A stretch of 64,000 nt of DNA from Acidobacteriaceae bacterium (GTDB lineage: Bacteria > Acidobacteriota > Terriglobia > Terriglobales > Acidobacteriaceae). Shown in pieces: positions 24,287-34,461 of this stretch. Made by a program: the position numbers and the translations under genes. The notes below the pieces were generated by a model. That model did no database searches, was not told the origin of the DNA, and saw only the letters and a program-made list of their open reading frames with translations. Position 1 is the stretch's first letter, and the number at the start of each line of letters is the position of its first letter. The DNA lies in the NCBI GenBank assembly GCA_035532055.1, contig DATKRT010000030.1:74362-138361 (forward strand). Direction: 5' to 3'.

Positions 24287-26161
24287 CTACTTCGTCATCG
24301 GTTGCAAAATCTGGTCCAGATAGTCGGGCGTGCCCTTCACGCGCTCGAGATGCGGGAAACGCAGCCCATCGTGGTAGTCCAGGTTCACGATTTTGAAGTA
24401 GCCGCTGTTGGAGACGATCAGTTGGATCGGCTTGGCATTGCCTTCCGCTTCCGCGATGGTGTAGCCCAGCCACGCGGCGCTGTATTGCCGGTCGTTGACG
24501 GCGATGATCTGCATATCGGGACCGAGACCAGCCTTATCGCATAGCGAACCGACCAGCACGTCTTTGATGTGGCCATCGGCTGAGACGTTGATGCCAAGCG
24601 CCCACCACGCCTGCGCTTCACCCGTCACGGCCTCAATTGCGTTGGTGTAGAGGCCGGGCGTATCTGTGTAGACGAGCTTATAGCCGCCCTGGGTGATGCC
24701 TTCGAGCGGCGCGTGGGGTGATTTATAGGTGAGCCGTTCGCGCAGGAATCTGGCCCAGTCGTAGGGGACGACGGCGTTGAGATTGGCGACAATGTCCTGG
24801 AAGGTGTACGGCACGACCTCCGGCGGCGTGTTGCCGCCCAGGCCCAGGAAGCGGGCGCAGAAGTTGTTCAGGCTTTTCTTGTCGTGGGTGAGGCGGCGGA
24901 TGGTGGTGTCGACGTCGAGCCAGATGAGTTCGCCCTCGGAGTAGTAGTCCACGGAGCGACGCCAATTGGCCCATTGCGGGCTGGCGCCGTATAGGACTTG
25001 CGCGGCGGTCGCGGTGTCCTGCAGGTCGCGCCAGGTGCGTCCGGGGCGATGGTCGAGTGTGGCTGCGCTTACGGCGAGAGCAGAACGGTACTGGTCATCC
25101 GTCTCAATGCCGGTGCGGGCAGCCAGCACGTCGCCGAGATACTGCGTGAGCCCTTCGTAGACCCAGAGCATATTACCCTTCATCGGGTCTTTGAAGTCGG
25201 CATGGTTCAGCCCCGTGGGGCGGCGGTACTTGCCGTTCCAGGAGTGGGTGAACTCGTGGGGCAGCAGATCGGCGTCGAGATAGAACAGGTTGTCGTCGAG
25301 CAGGGTGCGTTCACCCACACGGTCGTCGCTGGACTGGTGATGTTCCAGACCGAAGTGGGCGACCTGGTCGCTGAGCGTGAGCAGGAAGTGGTAGCTGTGG
25401 TAGTGGCGCGACTTGTAGAGAGCGCCCGTCTCAAGCACAAGTTTGTTGAAGGCAGCGAGCGCCGCCGGCTTGATCTCAAGGTCCTCGGGGCCGTCGGCAG
25501 CGATGTCCAGGTAGTGCTTGGGCGTGACGTTGGGAGCCAGGGGAAATTCCTTGAAGAAGCGCCCGGTGAGCAGTGGCGAGTCGATGAGCATGTTGAGCGG
25601 GACGGTGGCGAAGTCGATGTCGCCGTCGTGCCCGCCGGTTTTGGTGAGCGCGGTGCCGTACTTCCAGCCCTCGGGCAGCCTGACGGCTGGTTCCACGTTG
25701 ATTTTTGCGGGCGAGATTCCGGCGGGATAGAGCACGACTTCATTCCAGCTGAGGATGGCGAGGTTGGCGCTGGTGGAGGCTCCGGCGGAGAAACCTGTGG
25801 CCGCAGCCGTGGCGAGGAAATCGAGCTTGATATGCAGGGTGGAAACGCCGGGCGGGACGGTGATGTGGAAGGCGTACATGTTCACGCTGTCGCGCACCCA
25901 CGGAATCTGCTGTCCGTTGGCGGTGATGACGATTCCGGCAAGGTTGTCGATGGGGCCGGTGGGGCCATGCTCGCCGGGGATCCACTCGGGGTAAAGCAAT
26001 GTCATGGGGCCGGGGCTGACCGGCATGGTGAGCTGCGCATGAATGATTTTGCGCGGAGCATTCGTCAGATCGACCGTTAAGTGCATGGGCGTGGAGCTTT
26101 GCGCAAAGCTTGCCACCGTGAAAGAAAATGCCAGCAGTCCTGCCATCCAGCGAATTTTCAA
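24287..26161 (-). CDS. M61 family metallopeptidase with C-terminal PDZ domain, secreted
   Basis: 624 aa with a signal peptide, the HEFTHSWNGKYRRP zinc motif and a PDZ-like C-terminus (GLGPDMQIIAVNDRQY). Confidence 0.88.
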   Translation of the reverse strand: MKIRWMAGLLAFSFTVASFAQSSTPMHLTVDLTNAPRKIIHAQLTMPVSPGPMTLLYPEWIPGEHGPTGPIDNLAGIVITANGQQIPWVRDSVNMYAFHITVPPGVSTLHIKLDFLATAAATGFSAGASTSANLAILSWNEVVLYPAGISPAKINVEPAVRLPEGWKYGTALTKTGGHDGDIDFATVPLNMLIDSPLLTGRFFKEFPLAPNVTPKHYLDIAADGPEDLEIKPAALAAFNKLVLETGALYKSRHYHSYHFLLTLSDQVAHFGLEHHQSSDDRVGERTLLDDNLFYLDADLLPHEFTHSWNGKYRRPTGLNHADFKDPMKGNMLWVYEGLTQYLGDVLAARTGIETDDQYRSALAVSAATLDHRPGRTWRDLQDTATAAQVLYGASPQWANWRRSVDYYSEGELIWLDVDTTIRRLTHDKKSLNNFCARFLGLGGNTPPEVVPYTFQDIVANLNAVVPYDWARFLRERLTYKSPHAPLEGITQGGYKLVYTDTPGLYTNAIEAVTGEAQAWWALGINVSADGHIKDVLVGSLCDKAGLGPDMQIIAVNDRQYSAAWLGYTIAEAEGNAKPIQLIVSNSGYFKIVNLDYHDGLRFPHLERVKGTPDYLDQILQPMTK

Positions 26162-26278
26162 CTTGAGTCCTCCAGAGGGGAAGAATCAGTGTACTTGGGA
26201 CGGGCGGTTTTGTGACATGGAATGTATGGATACGCGTCGTGGCAGCGGGCCGGTCTGTCCTCCTGTTACACTCGCCGC

Positions 26279-26932
26279 ATGTCCTGCGGTTTTTTTGTCA
26301 CGTTTGAGGGGCTCGACGGATCGGGCAAGTCCACGCAACTGCGCAAGCTGGCGCAATGGCTTGAGGCGCAGGGGAAACAGGTCACCCTTACGCGGCAGCC
26401 CGGTGGAACGCGCATCGGAGACCGCATCCGCGCGCTGCTGCTGGACTCCAAGACGGAGAACCTGGCGGCGAGGACGGAGCTGGGGCTGATGTTCTCTGAC
26501 CGGGCGCAGGCCATTGCCGAGGTGATTGAGCCGGCACTGGAGCGCGGCGATGTGGTGCTGTGCGACAGATATACGGACTCCACTGAGGCCTACCAGGGTG
26601 GTGGGCGGCAACTGGGGAGCGAGATCGTTCTGCAGATGCATGCCGTGATGTGCCGTGACGTGCGGCCGGACCTGACTCTGCTGCTGCTGCCGGACTTTGA
26701 CCGTTCGCTGGACCGCGCCCGCAACCGCAACGCGCGCGGCAGCCGCAAAGGGCGAGACGAAAATCGCTTTGAGCGCGAGGACGAGCTCTTCTACCGGCGA
26801 GTGTATGAGAAGTACCGCGAGATTGCCGCGCGCGAGCCCTTGCGTGTAGTCACAATCGAAGGCGACGACACTATTGAAACTATCCACCAACGCATCGTAG
26901 AAGTAGTAAAGGCACGTCTTCATCCTGCATGA
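26279..26932 (+). CDS. tmk: dTMP kinase
   Basis: FFVTFEGLDGSGKSTQLRKLAQWLEAQGKQVTLTRQPGGT and DRYTDST motifs. The start is at the internal ATG 26279. Confidence 0.93.
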   Translation: MSCGFFVTFEGLDGSGKSTQLRKLAQWLEAQGKQVTLTRQPGGTRIGDRIRALLLDSKTENLAARTELGLMFSDRAQAIAEVIEPALERGDVVLCDRYTDSTEAYQGGGRQLGSEIVLQMHAVMCRDVRPDLTLLLLPDFDRSLDRARNRNARGSRKGRDENRFEREDELFYRRVYEKYREIAAREPLRVVTIEGDDTIETIHQRIVEVVKARLHPA

Positions 26933-28359
26933 GTGATTCGTACAACTGGAAGGTCATTGAGCGCGGGGGATACCGTTTTCCTCCCGGCCTGCGTCTGAAC
27001 CTGCCTTTTTATCTGGGGCGGCGATTCTTCCGCGTCGGCAATCCGATTCTCCTGTTTGAGTATCTCCATGCCACCTACGGGCCCGTAGTCCACTATCGCG
27101 TGGGGCCGGGGAGGATTGTGCTGATCAACGAGCCGGAGCTGGTGCAGGAAATCCTGATCAACCAGCCGCAGAACTTCATCAAAGAGCGGACGCAGAAGCG
27201 GATGAAGATTCTGCTGGGCGAAGGGCTGATTACCAGCGACGGCGAGGAGCATAAGCGGCAGCGACGGATTGCGGCGCCGGCGTTTCACCGGCAGCGGATT
27301 CAGGCGTACGGCACGACCATGGTGGAGCAGGCGGCGAAGCTGCGCGAGACGTGGCAGCCGGGGCGAGAGATCGATGCATTGGCCGAGATGATGCGCGTGT
27401 CGCTGGCCATTGTGGCGCGCACGCTGTTTGCGCAGGAAGTGACGGCGGACATCCTGAGCATCAATGAGCACGTGAATACGGTGATGCGCCTCTACAACCT
27501 GCTGATTGCGCTGCCCAGTGCCGAGACGTATATGCACTGGCCGATTCCAGGGCTGATGCACTTTAAGAGCGCGCGAAAGCAGCTGGATGATGTGATGTTT
27601 CGGATGATTGCCGAGCAACGTGCCGCCGGGGTGGACCGCGGCGACCTGCTTTCGATGCTGCTGCGCTCGCGTGACGAGGAGCAGGATGACTCCGGCATGA
27701 CCGACCGTCAACTGCGCGATGAGATGCTGACGATTTTCCTTGCCGGATACGAGACGGTGGCGAATGCGTTGTCGTGGACGTGGATGCTGCTGGCACAGAA
27801 TCCTGCAGCGGAGGCGACGCTGCATGCGGAGGTGGACGGCGTGCTCGGCGGGCGGCTGCCGACGCTTGAGGACCTGCCCAATCTGCGCTACACCGAGATG
27901 GTTCTGGCGGAGTCGATGCGGCTGTATCCGCCGGCGTGGGGCATGGGCCGCCAGGCGATACGCGACGTTGCGATAGGGCCTTACCGGCTGCCGGCAGGAA
28001 CCTACTTTTACTTTACGCAGTATCTGATTCAGCGGGATGCGAGGCACTTCCCTGACCCGCTGAGGTTCGATCCGGAGCGGTTTACGCCTGAGAACAAGGC
28101 GGGACGGTCGAAGTTTGTGTACTTTCCTTTTGGGGCCGGGCACCGGCAGTGCATTGGCGAGTCATTTGCGTGGATGGAGATGACACTGGTGCTCGCAACG
28201 ATTGCGCAGCGTTGGCGGCTGCGGCTGGTGGCGGACCAGAAGATTGGAATTCAGCCGAAGATTACGCTGCGCCCCAAGTACGGAATCCGGATGATACCGG
28301 AGCTGCGGTCGCCGGGCGCGCCACAGCCGGCGGCGCAGACGAACTCCGCGCCCTGCTAA
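26929..28359 (+). CDS. cytochrome P450
   Basis: 476 aa. AGYETV (I-helix), ESMRLYPP (ExxR region) and the [16 protein letters not shown] heme-thiolate loop. Its ATG overlaps the tmk TGA (ATGA). Confidence 0.92.
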   Translation: MSDSYNWKVIERGGYRFPPGLRLNLPFYLGRRFFRVGNPILLFEYLHATYGPVVHYRVGPGRIVLINEPELVQEILINQPQNFIKERTQKRMKILLGEGLITSDGEEHKRQRRIAAPAFHRQRIQAYGTTMVEQAAKLRETWQPGREIDALAEMMRVSLAIVARTLFAQEVTADILSINEHVNTVMRLYNLLIALPSAETYMHWPIPGLMHFKSARKQLDDVMFRMIAEQRAAGVDRGDLLSMLLRSRDEEQDDSGMTDRQLRDEMLTIFLAGYETVANALSWTWMLLAQNPAAEATLHAEVDGVLGGRLPTLEDLPNLRYTEMVLAESMRLYPPAWGMGRQAIRDVAIGPYRLPAGTYFYFTQYLIQRDARHFPDPLRFDPERFTPENKAGRSKFVYFPFGAGHRQCIGESFAWMEMTLVLATIAQRWRLRLVADQKIGIQPKITLRPKYGIRMIPELRSPGAPQPAAQTNSAPC

Positions 28360-28368
28360 TCTTGAACC

Positions 28369-29466
28369 GTGAGCTTTCGCGACTTCCTCGGCAATGAGCC
28401 AACTGTCCGGCACCTCCGCGAGGCGATTGCGGCGGGGCGGTTTCCGCATGCGCTGATCCTGGGCGGGCCGCGCGGCGCGGGCAAGTATACGCTTGCGATC
28501 AAGCTGGCCCAGACCATCAACTGCCTTGACCTGAAGCAAGCGGACGGGCTTCCCGATGCCTGCGGAGTCTGCAGCAATTGCGCACGGATAGGAGAAGCGG
28601 CGGACCTGGACGCACGGTTCGAAGAGGCTGTAGCCGCACGCGACGATCTGCGCGAGGTCGACAAAAAAGAAACGCGCATCCTGATCCAGACGCACCCGGA
28701 CATACTGGTGATTCCTCCGGATCCGCCACAACTGCTGATCAAGGTCGGGCAGGTGCGCCGGTTGATTCGTGATATTTACCGGGTGCCGGCGGAGGCGCGG
28801 CGCGCAATTTATATCTTCACCAGCTCGGCATTCATGAAGGAGGCGGCGAACTCGCTGCTGAAGGTTCTGGAAGAGCCGCCCGAGTATGCAAGCATCCTGA
28901 TTCTGGCGGAAAACCCCGGCGATCTGCTGCCGACAATTCGCTCCCGCGCAGCGATCCTGCGGCTGGGTGCTCTTCCGCTGGAGCAGATTGAGTCAGTTCT
29001 TGCGGCAAAGCGTCCGGATTTGCGGCCACAACAGCGCGCGCTGGTGGCTCACCTGGCGCAAGGGGCCGCGGGGCAGGCGATCGGGTTTGATCTGGAAGGC
29101 TATTTGCTTAGCCGTGCGGATGCACTCACAATTTTGCACACCGCGCTACGTGAGCCGGACTTCTCGGCGCTTTTTCGTATGACGGACACCTACCGTGCCG
29201 GGGCCGAGGGACAGCAGAAGACAAAACAACTGATGCGCACGTTGAGCAGCCTGCTGGAAGACGTGCTGTTGATTCATTCCGGCGCGGTCCAGTGGATCCG
29301 CAATATAGACCTTGAGAAGGAACTTGCAGCCATGGCGCAGCAGGTTACTCTCGACTGGATTGAGGGCGCGGAGCGCGGGATTGCGCAGGTCGAGTCGGGC
29401 ATGCGCCGCAATCTACTTCGTTCACTCTCGCTGGACTCTTTTGCGACAAGTCTGATGCGCGCATAA
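28369..29466 (+). CDS. holB: DNA polymerase III subunit delta'
   Basis: GTG start. HALILGGPRGAGKYTLAIKLAQTINC...CGVCSNCARI (Zn module) and LLKVLEEPPEYASILILAENP. Confidence 0.88.
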   Translation: MSFRDFLGNEPTVRHLREAIAAGRFPHALILGGPRGAGKYTLAIKLAQTINCLDLKQADGLPDACGVCSNCARIGEAADLDARFEEAVAARDDLREVDKKETRILIQTHPDILVIPPDPPQLLIKVGQVRRLIRDIYRVPAEARRAIYIFTSSAFMKEAANSLLKVLEEPPEYASILILAENPGDLLPTIRSRAAILRLGALPLEQIESVLAAKRPDLRPQQRALVAHLAQGAAGQAIGFDLEGYLLSRADALTILHTALREPDFSALFRMTDTYRAGAEGQQKTKQLMRTLSSLLEDVLLIHSGAVQWIRNIDLEKELAAMAQQVTLDWIEGAERGIAQVESGMRRNLLRSLSLDSFATSLMRA

Positions 29467-29570
29467 TTTTTCTGGTTCTCCCCGCCGGTCTGGGCTAAGA
29501 TACAACTCAACCTTTCAGGGGTAAAAGATATAGAGAACACAGGCAGCATCGTCTGTACGGCTCTGCATCT

Positions 29571-30080
29571 ATGTGTTCAGCACTATTTATGACATTTATG
29601 CCGAATTCTTCTCATATCCCGGTTACGGATCTGCCCGGTTATCGCTCCGAAGCTCCTACCGGACACGCCCCTGCAGCCTTACAGCCTGTTTCCCCCGCGC
29701 ATAACGGGGAGAGCAATAGCTCGCATAAGAGCACCAGCCTTCCTGTCACAGGACCACGGAAGCTGGTGCGTCCAACGCTGTCGTCGCATTCCTCGAGAAA
29801 TCGCGCCTTCAGCCTGCGCGAAGAATCTCCGATTCTGGCGCACCAAAATTTAGCCGCGCGCGCGGCGGCTACTGAGAGCACGCAGGCGGAGGCTTTCTAC
29901 TTTCAGAAGCAGGTGCAGACACAAACATCAATGATGATTGTGCTCGATGATGGCCAGAAGGTTGAGGGCTGCATTGAGTGGTATGACCATCACTCGATCA
30001 AGGTGAGAAGCACCACGCGCATGCTGATCTATAAATCAGCCATTAAATACATTTACAAAGTCGGCGAGCACCCGGTTTAG
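29571..30080 (+). CDS. Hfq-like Sm-fold protein with a long Ser/Pro-rich N-terminal extension
   Basis: The C-terminal 57 aa, EAFYFQKQVQTQTSMMIVLDDGQKVEGCIEWYDHHSIKVRSTTRMLIYKSAIKYIYK, align without gaps to E. coli Hfq [57 protein letters not shown]. The start codon is uncertain. Confidence 0.6.
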   Translation: MCSALFMTFMPNSSHIPVTDLPGYRSEAPTGHAPAALQPVSPAHNGESNSSHKSTSLPVTGPRKLVRPTLSSHSSRNRAFSLREESPILAHQNLAARAAATESTQAEAFYFQKQVQTQTSMMIVLDDGQKVEGCIEWYDHHSIKVRSTTRMLIYKSAIKYIYKVGEHPV

Positions 30081-30092
30081 AGGCGACGCTAA

Positions 30093-30212
30093 AGCAAAAC
30101 CAGAAATGGTGTAAGGCGGAGCGGCGAATCCCCAGTCTACGCGACCATCAGGAAGCGGCGTCCCTGCACTCCCTTCAAAATAGAAATGCCTTACGGTAAC
30201 TCTGGTTTTGCT
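30093..30212. repeat. long-range inverted repeat / structured intergenic element (about 120 nt)
   Basis: AGCAAAACCAGA (30093-30104) pairs with TCTGGTTTTGCT (30201-30212), and GTAAGGC (30111-17) pairs with GCCTTAC (30188-94). It fills the convergent gap between the Hfq-like gene and the Sua5 gene. Confidence 0.6.
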
Positions 30213-30213
30213 C

Positions 30214-31269
30214 TTAACTGCGGGCCGCTTTTCTGAGCCGGTCGCGCATGGCCACGCCAATTCCCCTGTGCCCTGGCAGCGGACAGAGAATTACGGTCGC
30301 ACCGGCGGTGTCCAGCCATCGCAGCCCGGCAAACAGCTTCTGCGCCATTTCCTCTTCATTCGTCCAGGTACCCCAGCGATAGACCAGTGCGCTTTTTTCG
30401 TCTGTGCTGAACGGAAAGGCTTCGGGGAGCATCAGGCCGGTTTTTTCGCCCGCTCGTTGCGCGGATTGCACCTCGGCGGCAAAGTGCCGCGGTTGGTCCG
30501 GACCACTTTCGATCAAGACGAGGCGCGCCCGGGGAGCATAATGCCGGATGCCGACACCGGGAGATGGCAGGGACTGTGGCGGGGCATCGTGGCGGTGGGA
30601 CTTTTCGTCAAATGTAATTGCGCCCGGGCAGATGGTTCGTATCTGTTCGAGGGTGATGACTCCCGGGCGGTAGACGATGGGGGGATTCGCATTCGGATCG
30701 ATGACCGTGGATTCGAGGCCGTGCGTGGTTTCGCCGGAATCGAGGATGACATCAATGCGGCCTTCGAGGTCTTCGGCCACGTGCGCGGCCAGCGTTGGAC
30801 TGGTGCGTCCGAAGAGGTTGGCGCTGGGCGCCGCAACGGGGAGTCCGGCAGCCTGCAACAGGGCGTGCGCGATGGGGTGGCGCGGAATGCGGACGCCGAC
30901 CAGGGGGCGTCCTGCGGTAACAGCGTCGGGCACGGCAGAGCTGCGCGGCAGCAGCAGGGTGAGGGGACCGGGCCAGAATGCGTCGATCAGACATGCAGCG
31001 TTTTGGGACACATCCTGGGTAATTGAGGACAGCATGGCGCGATCCGCAAGATGGACGATCAGCGGGTCCCAGCCGGGACGCTGCTTGGCGGCAAAGATTT
31101 TTGCGACCGCGTCCGGATCGAGGGCGTTGGCCCCGAGCCCGTAGACGGTCTCCGTGGGGAAGGCGACGGTGCCACCATTTTTCAGGACGTCAGCGGCCCG
31201 TTCGATGGCTGCACGGCTGGCAGGCGCATCGAGATCGGCAGCGTCAACTTTGAGTCGCAAGGTATGCAT
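30214..31269 (-). CDS. L-threonylcarbamoyladenylate synthase (Sua5/TsaC type, with Sua5 C-terminal domain)
   Basis: GGTVAFPTETVYGLGANALD...PLIVH...GPLTLLLP...APSAN motifs. The start is at the internal ATG 31269. Confidence 0.9.
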   Translation of the reverse strand: MHTLRLKVDAADLDAPASRAAIERAADVLKNGGTVAFPTETVYGLGANALDPDAVAKIFAAKQRPGWDPLIVHLADRAMLSSITQDVSQNAACLIDAFWPGPLTLLLPRSSAVPDAVTAGRPLVGVRIPRHPIAHALLQAAGLPVAAPSANLFGRTSPTLAAHVAEDLEGRIDVILDSGETTHGLESTVIDPNANPPIVYRPGVITLEQIRTICPGAITFDEKSHRHDAPPQSLPSPGVGIRHYAPRARLVLIESGPDQPRHFAAEVQSAQRAGEKTGLMLPEAFPFSTDEKSALVYRWGTWTNEEEMAQKLFAGLRWLDTAGATVILCPLPGHRGIGVAMRDRLRKAARS

Positions 31270-31330
31270 TGTGTTGCACGGAGTCCGCAATCCCTTATTA
31301 TCGCCCACGCGGAGCCTCTATACTTGCCGT

Positions 31331-31912
31331 ATGAACGCTGTCGAGATTGAAGCGAAGTTCCGCGTGTCGAATGCTGAGGCGTTGGGCGAGCGGCTACAGG
31401 CGCTGGGCTTCCGCACGGTCACGCCACGTACCTTTGAACGGAACACGCTTTATGACACGCCCGACCGCAAGCTGCGCGCGGTCCAGTCGATATTGCGCAT
31501 AAGGAAATACGGGGAGCGCTGGGTGCTGACACACAAGTGCCTGCCACCGGACAACGATCCAAATGCGCGCCACAAACACCGCATTGAGACCGAGACCGAG
31601 ATTGCGGACGGCGCGGTGCTGGGAGAGGTTTTTGAGCGGCTGGGCTATCAGCCGGTGTTTGTGTACGAGAAGTGGCGCGCCGAGTATGCGGACGCGACCG
31701 GGCATTGCGTCGTGGACGATACACCCATCGGAACCTTCGCGGAGTTGGAAGGCCCGGAGGAGTGGATCGATGCGATCTCTCAGAAGCTGGGGTTGGAGGA
31801 GTCTTCCCTGATGACTCTGAGTTACGGTCGTCTGTTCGAGGCATGGTGTCGCGAAAATGGACACGCTTTTTGCGATATGACATTTGCCGCCGTGCAAGAC
31901 CTGGGCCGATGA
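31331..31912 (+). CDS. CYTH domain protein (class IV adenylyl cyclase / triphosphatase family)
   Basis: MNAVEIEAKFRV (ExExK motif), ILRIRKYGERWVLTHK and VDDTPIGTFAELE. The start is at the internal ATG 31331. Confidence 0.85.
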   Translation: MNAVEIEAKFRVSNAEALGERLQALGFRTVTPRTFERNTLYDTPDRKLRAVQSILRIRKYGERWVLTHKCLPPDNDPNARHKHRIETETEIADGAVLGEVFERLGYQPVFVYEKWRAEYADATGHCVVDDTPIGTFAELEGPEEWIDAISQKLGLEESSLMTLSYGRLFEAWCRENGHAFCDMTFAAVQDLGR

Positions 31913-32004
31913 TTGTGCAGCAAGTGTCTCCCCTGCCCGCCTCAAGCTGAATCCCATAAGGCCGATAACTACCTCAACGGCGGTTTTCCGTCTGAGGTAC
32001 GCCG

Positions 32005-32337
32005 ATGCACTTCATCTCTACCCGCAAGGCCCCCGCCATAGTGCTAGCTATTGCGCTGGCTGTGTGCTGTGCATTGCCTGCTGCTGCTGCGGGGCGCAAG
32101 GTTGAGCATCGTGTTGCGCCGGTTTATCCCGAGTTAGCCAGACGCATGCACATTGGCGGCGTTGTCCGTATTGTCACGACGATAGCGGCGGACGGAACCG
32201 TGACAAAAACCAAGGCGGTCCGCGGCAACAACTTGCTGACACCTGCCGCAGAGAAAGCGATCCGGCGGTGGAAGTTTGCTCCAAGCGATGGCCCATCGAG
32301 GGAAAACATCGACATCAGCTTTGTTGAGAAGGACTGA
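32005..32337 (+). CDS. TonB C-terminal domain protein, secreted
   Basis: 110 aa with a signal peptide and VAPVYPELARRMHIGGVVRIVTTIAADGTVTKTKAV...AAEKAIRRWKFAP. Confidence 0.75.
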   Translation: MHFISTRKAPAIVLAIALAVCCALPAAAAGRKVEHRVAPVYPELARRMHIGGVVRIVTTIAADGTVTKTKAVRGNNLLTPAAEKAIRRWKFAPSDGPSRENIDISFVEKD

Positions 32338-32370
32338 TCTGCACCTTCAGCGAGGAGCATTGGAAGCCCC

Positions 32371-34098
32371 ATGCTATTAATCGACGCGCGACTGGCAAAT
32401 AAATTGCGTTTCAGCACGCTGGTATTGCTGGCTTTTGTGCTGCTTGGTTCCATGGCTGCGTATTTGAAGATGCGGCAGGTAAGCAGACTTTCCACCGAAC
32501 TTACGGCCACCCGGATTCCCGCACTGGAAGCCATCCGCTCCCTGCGCATCGCAGAGCTTGGCGAGACGTCGTCTTTGAAGTCGTATGTGCTTTTCGGCGA
32601 GGATGCGGAGATGGCGCAGCGATACAGTGCGCAGATTGAGGCCGATCGCGAGCAAGCCCAGTCAGCGCTGCACACCATAGCGAGCTTGCGGCCCGCATAC
32701 GACAGACTGGTCGGATCAGCAGTAATGGCGGATCTACTCGAGCAGTACTCGGAGATTGAGGCGGCGCAGAAGCGGGTACAGGCCCTTGCGAAGAGCCGGA
32801 GCAATGACAATATGAGCAGGGCATTTGACATGCTGCAAGGACAGGTGGCGCAGGAGAGCACGAGCTTTACGAAGAACGTCACCGAGGTGGTGAACGCGTT
32901 TGGAGCAGCCACTAATCATGACCTGAGACATGTGGACGAGATCAACCGGATGGAGGCGCTCTTTCTCTGGCTTTCGATCCTGCTGGGCGGTCTGATCGGG
33001 ACAATTCTTGCGGAGGTGACGATGCGCCGGGTGGTACGGTCGATCGGCATGGTCATGGAAAGAGCGCAAATGATCGCATCGGGCGATCTTACCGGCGAGC
33101 CACTGCACATGGACTGGAATGATGAAGTGACACAACTGGCTACCTCCATCAACCAGATGCAGGAGAATCTTCGCGACATAATTCGCACCATGATGGAAAT
33201 AGCCGCGACGGTGGCAGAGGACTCGGCCAAGCTGAGCGGTTCGGCGAATCAGTCGTTCCGCCGGACGAAAGAGCAGAGTCTGCAGACACAGCAGGCGGCT
33301 GCCGCGATGCAGGAGATGTCCATCTGTATCGCCGAGGTATCTCGCCATGCGCAGAGCGCTGCCGCAAGCTCGCGTCAGGCCGCAACCACGGCGCGGGACG
33401 GCGGCGCTATTGTGGAGCAGATGCTGAACGGTATGAACTCGATTGCGATTTCGGTACGGAATACCGCGGCGACGGTGCAAAGGCTTGGACGGGAAAGCGA
33501 GCAGATCATCCGCATTGTGAACGTGATTGAAGAGATCGCGCAGAAGACAAATCTGCTTGCGCTGAATGCGGCCATAGAAGCGGCGCGTGCCGGCGAGCAG
33601 GGCCGCGGGTTTGCCGTGGTTGCGGGCGAGGTTCGCCGGCTGGCGGAGTTAACACGCAACGCAACGAGCGAGATCGCCCAGATGGTTCAAGGGATTCAGT
33701 CGCACACGCGCGAAGCGGTGGAAGCGATGGATGCCGGGACGGAGACCGTGAACGAAGGCGTGAAGATTAATCACCGTACTGGAGAGGCGTTAAGCCAAAT
33801 CATTCAGATGGCGGAACAGGTTGACTCGATGATCGCGCAGATCGCGACTGCTTCCATGCAACAGGCGGCTACGGCGCGGCAGTCGAGCGAGAGCGTGGAT
33901 GCAATTAACCATCTCGGGGAAGAGGCTGCATCTGCGATTCCGGCTACAAATGCGATTGTTGAGTCTGTTGGACATGGGGCCAGGCGCCTGGAAGAGCATA
34001 TCGGGAAGTTCCGCCTGAACGAGCCTTCTGCTCAGCACGCTTCGGCTCCCATAGACAAGAGGTTTAATCCCGCCCCGGCAGGGGCATTCGGAGATTAG
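32371..34098 (+). CDS. methyl-accepting chemotaxis protein (4HB sensor, HAMP, MA domain)
   Basis: 575 aa with two TM segments, HAMP ([26 protein letters not shown]) and the highly conserved [38 protein letters not shown]. Confidence 0.92.
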   Translation: MLLIDARLANKLRFSTLVLLAFVLLGSMAAYLKMRQVSRLSTELTATRIPALEAIRSLRIAELGETSSLKSYVLFGEDAEMAQRYSAQIEADREQAQSALHTIASLRPAYDRLVGSAVMADLLEQYSEIEAAQKRVQALAKSRSNDNMSRAFDMLQGQVAQESTSFTKNVTEVVNAFGAATNHDLRHVDEINRMEALFLWLSILLGGLIGTILAEVTMRRVVRSIGMVMERAQMIASGDLTGEPLHMDWNDEVTQLATSINQMQENLRDIIRTMMEIAATVAEDSAKLSGSANQSFRRTKEQSLQTQQAAAAMQEMSICIAEVSRHAQSAAASSRQAATTARDGGAIVEQMLNGMNSIAISVRNTAATVQRLGRESEQIIRIVNVIEEIAQKTNLLALNAAIEAARAGEQGRGFAVVAGEVRRLAELTRNATSEIAQMVQGIQSHTREAVEAMDAGTETVNEGVKINHRTGEALSQIIQMAEQVDSMIAQIATASMQQAATARQSSESVDAINHLGEEAASAIPATNAIVESVGHGARRLEEHIGKFRLNEPSAQHASAPIDKRFNPAPAGAFGD

Positions 34099-34136
34099 CA
34101 GGCACGAGTTGCGAGTTCCCTCCCCCAGAAGCAAGA

Positions 34137-34183
34137 AGCCGGAGAGCCCTGAGAGTATCGAGGGGTTCTCCGGCTTTGGTTTT
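34137..34183 (+). terminator. intrinsic terminator after the MCP gene
   Basis: AGCCGGAGAGCCC-loop-GGGGTTCTCCGGCT (13-bp stem) followed by TTGGTTTTGG. Confidence 0.65.
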
Positions 34184-34202
34184 GGTACACTCAGAATGTC
34201 GA

Positions 34203-34277
34203 GCGGGAGTAGCTCAATGGTAGAGTAGCGGCTTCCCAAGCCGTTGGTTGCGGGTTCGATCCCCGTCTCCCGCTCCA
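34203..34277 (+). tRNA. tRNA-Gly (anticodon CCC), CCA encoded
   Basis: GCGGGAG acceptor pairs with CTCCCGC. Anticodon stem GCGGC/GCCGT with loop TTCCCAA. T-arm GCGGGTTCGATCCCCGT. Confidence 0.93.
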
Positions 34278-34311
34278 GTCATCTTTCCATCCAGTCTTCC
34301 GGCAATGATTC

Positions 34312-34461
34312 TCAAACCGCGTGTGAGATCAGCAGCAGAATGAGAATCAACACGATGATTCCGATGCCGCTGCTTGGGAAGTATCCCCATGCGCGGCTGT
34401 AGGACCACGCCGGCAGCGAGCCAATCCACAACAAAACGAGAACGATAAGAAGCAGAATCAT
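34312..34461 (-). CDS. small membrane protein (DUF3309-like)
   Basis: MILLLIVLVLLWIGSLPAWSYSRAWGYFPSSGIGIIVLILILLLISHAV from the internal ATG 34461. Confidence 0.6.
   Translation of the reverse strand: MILLLIVLVLLWIGSLPAWSYSRAWGYFPSSGIGIIVLILILLLISHAV

Noticed and set aside
26920-28143. 407-aa minus-strand ORF rich in Arg, His, Gln and Pro
   Set aside because: It is antisense to the cytochrome P450 gene, which has all the signature motifs. The composition is typical of an antisense shadow.
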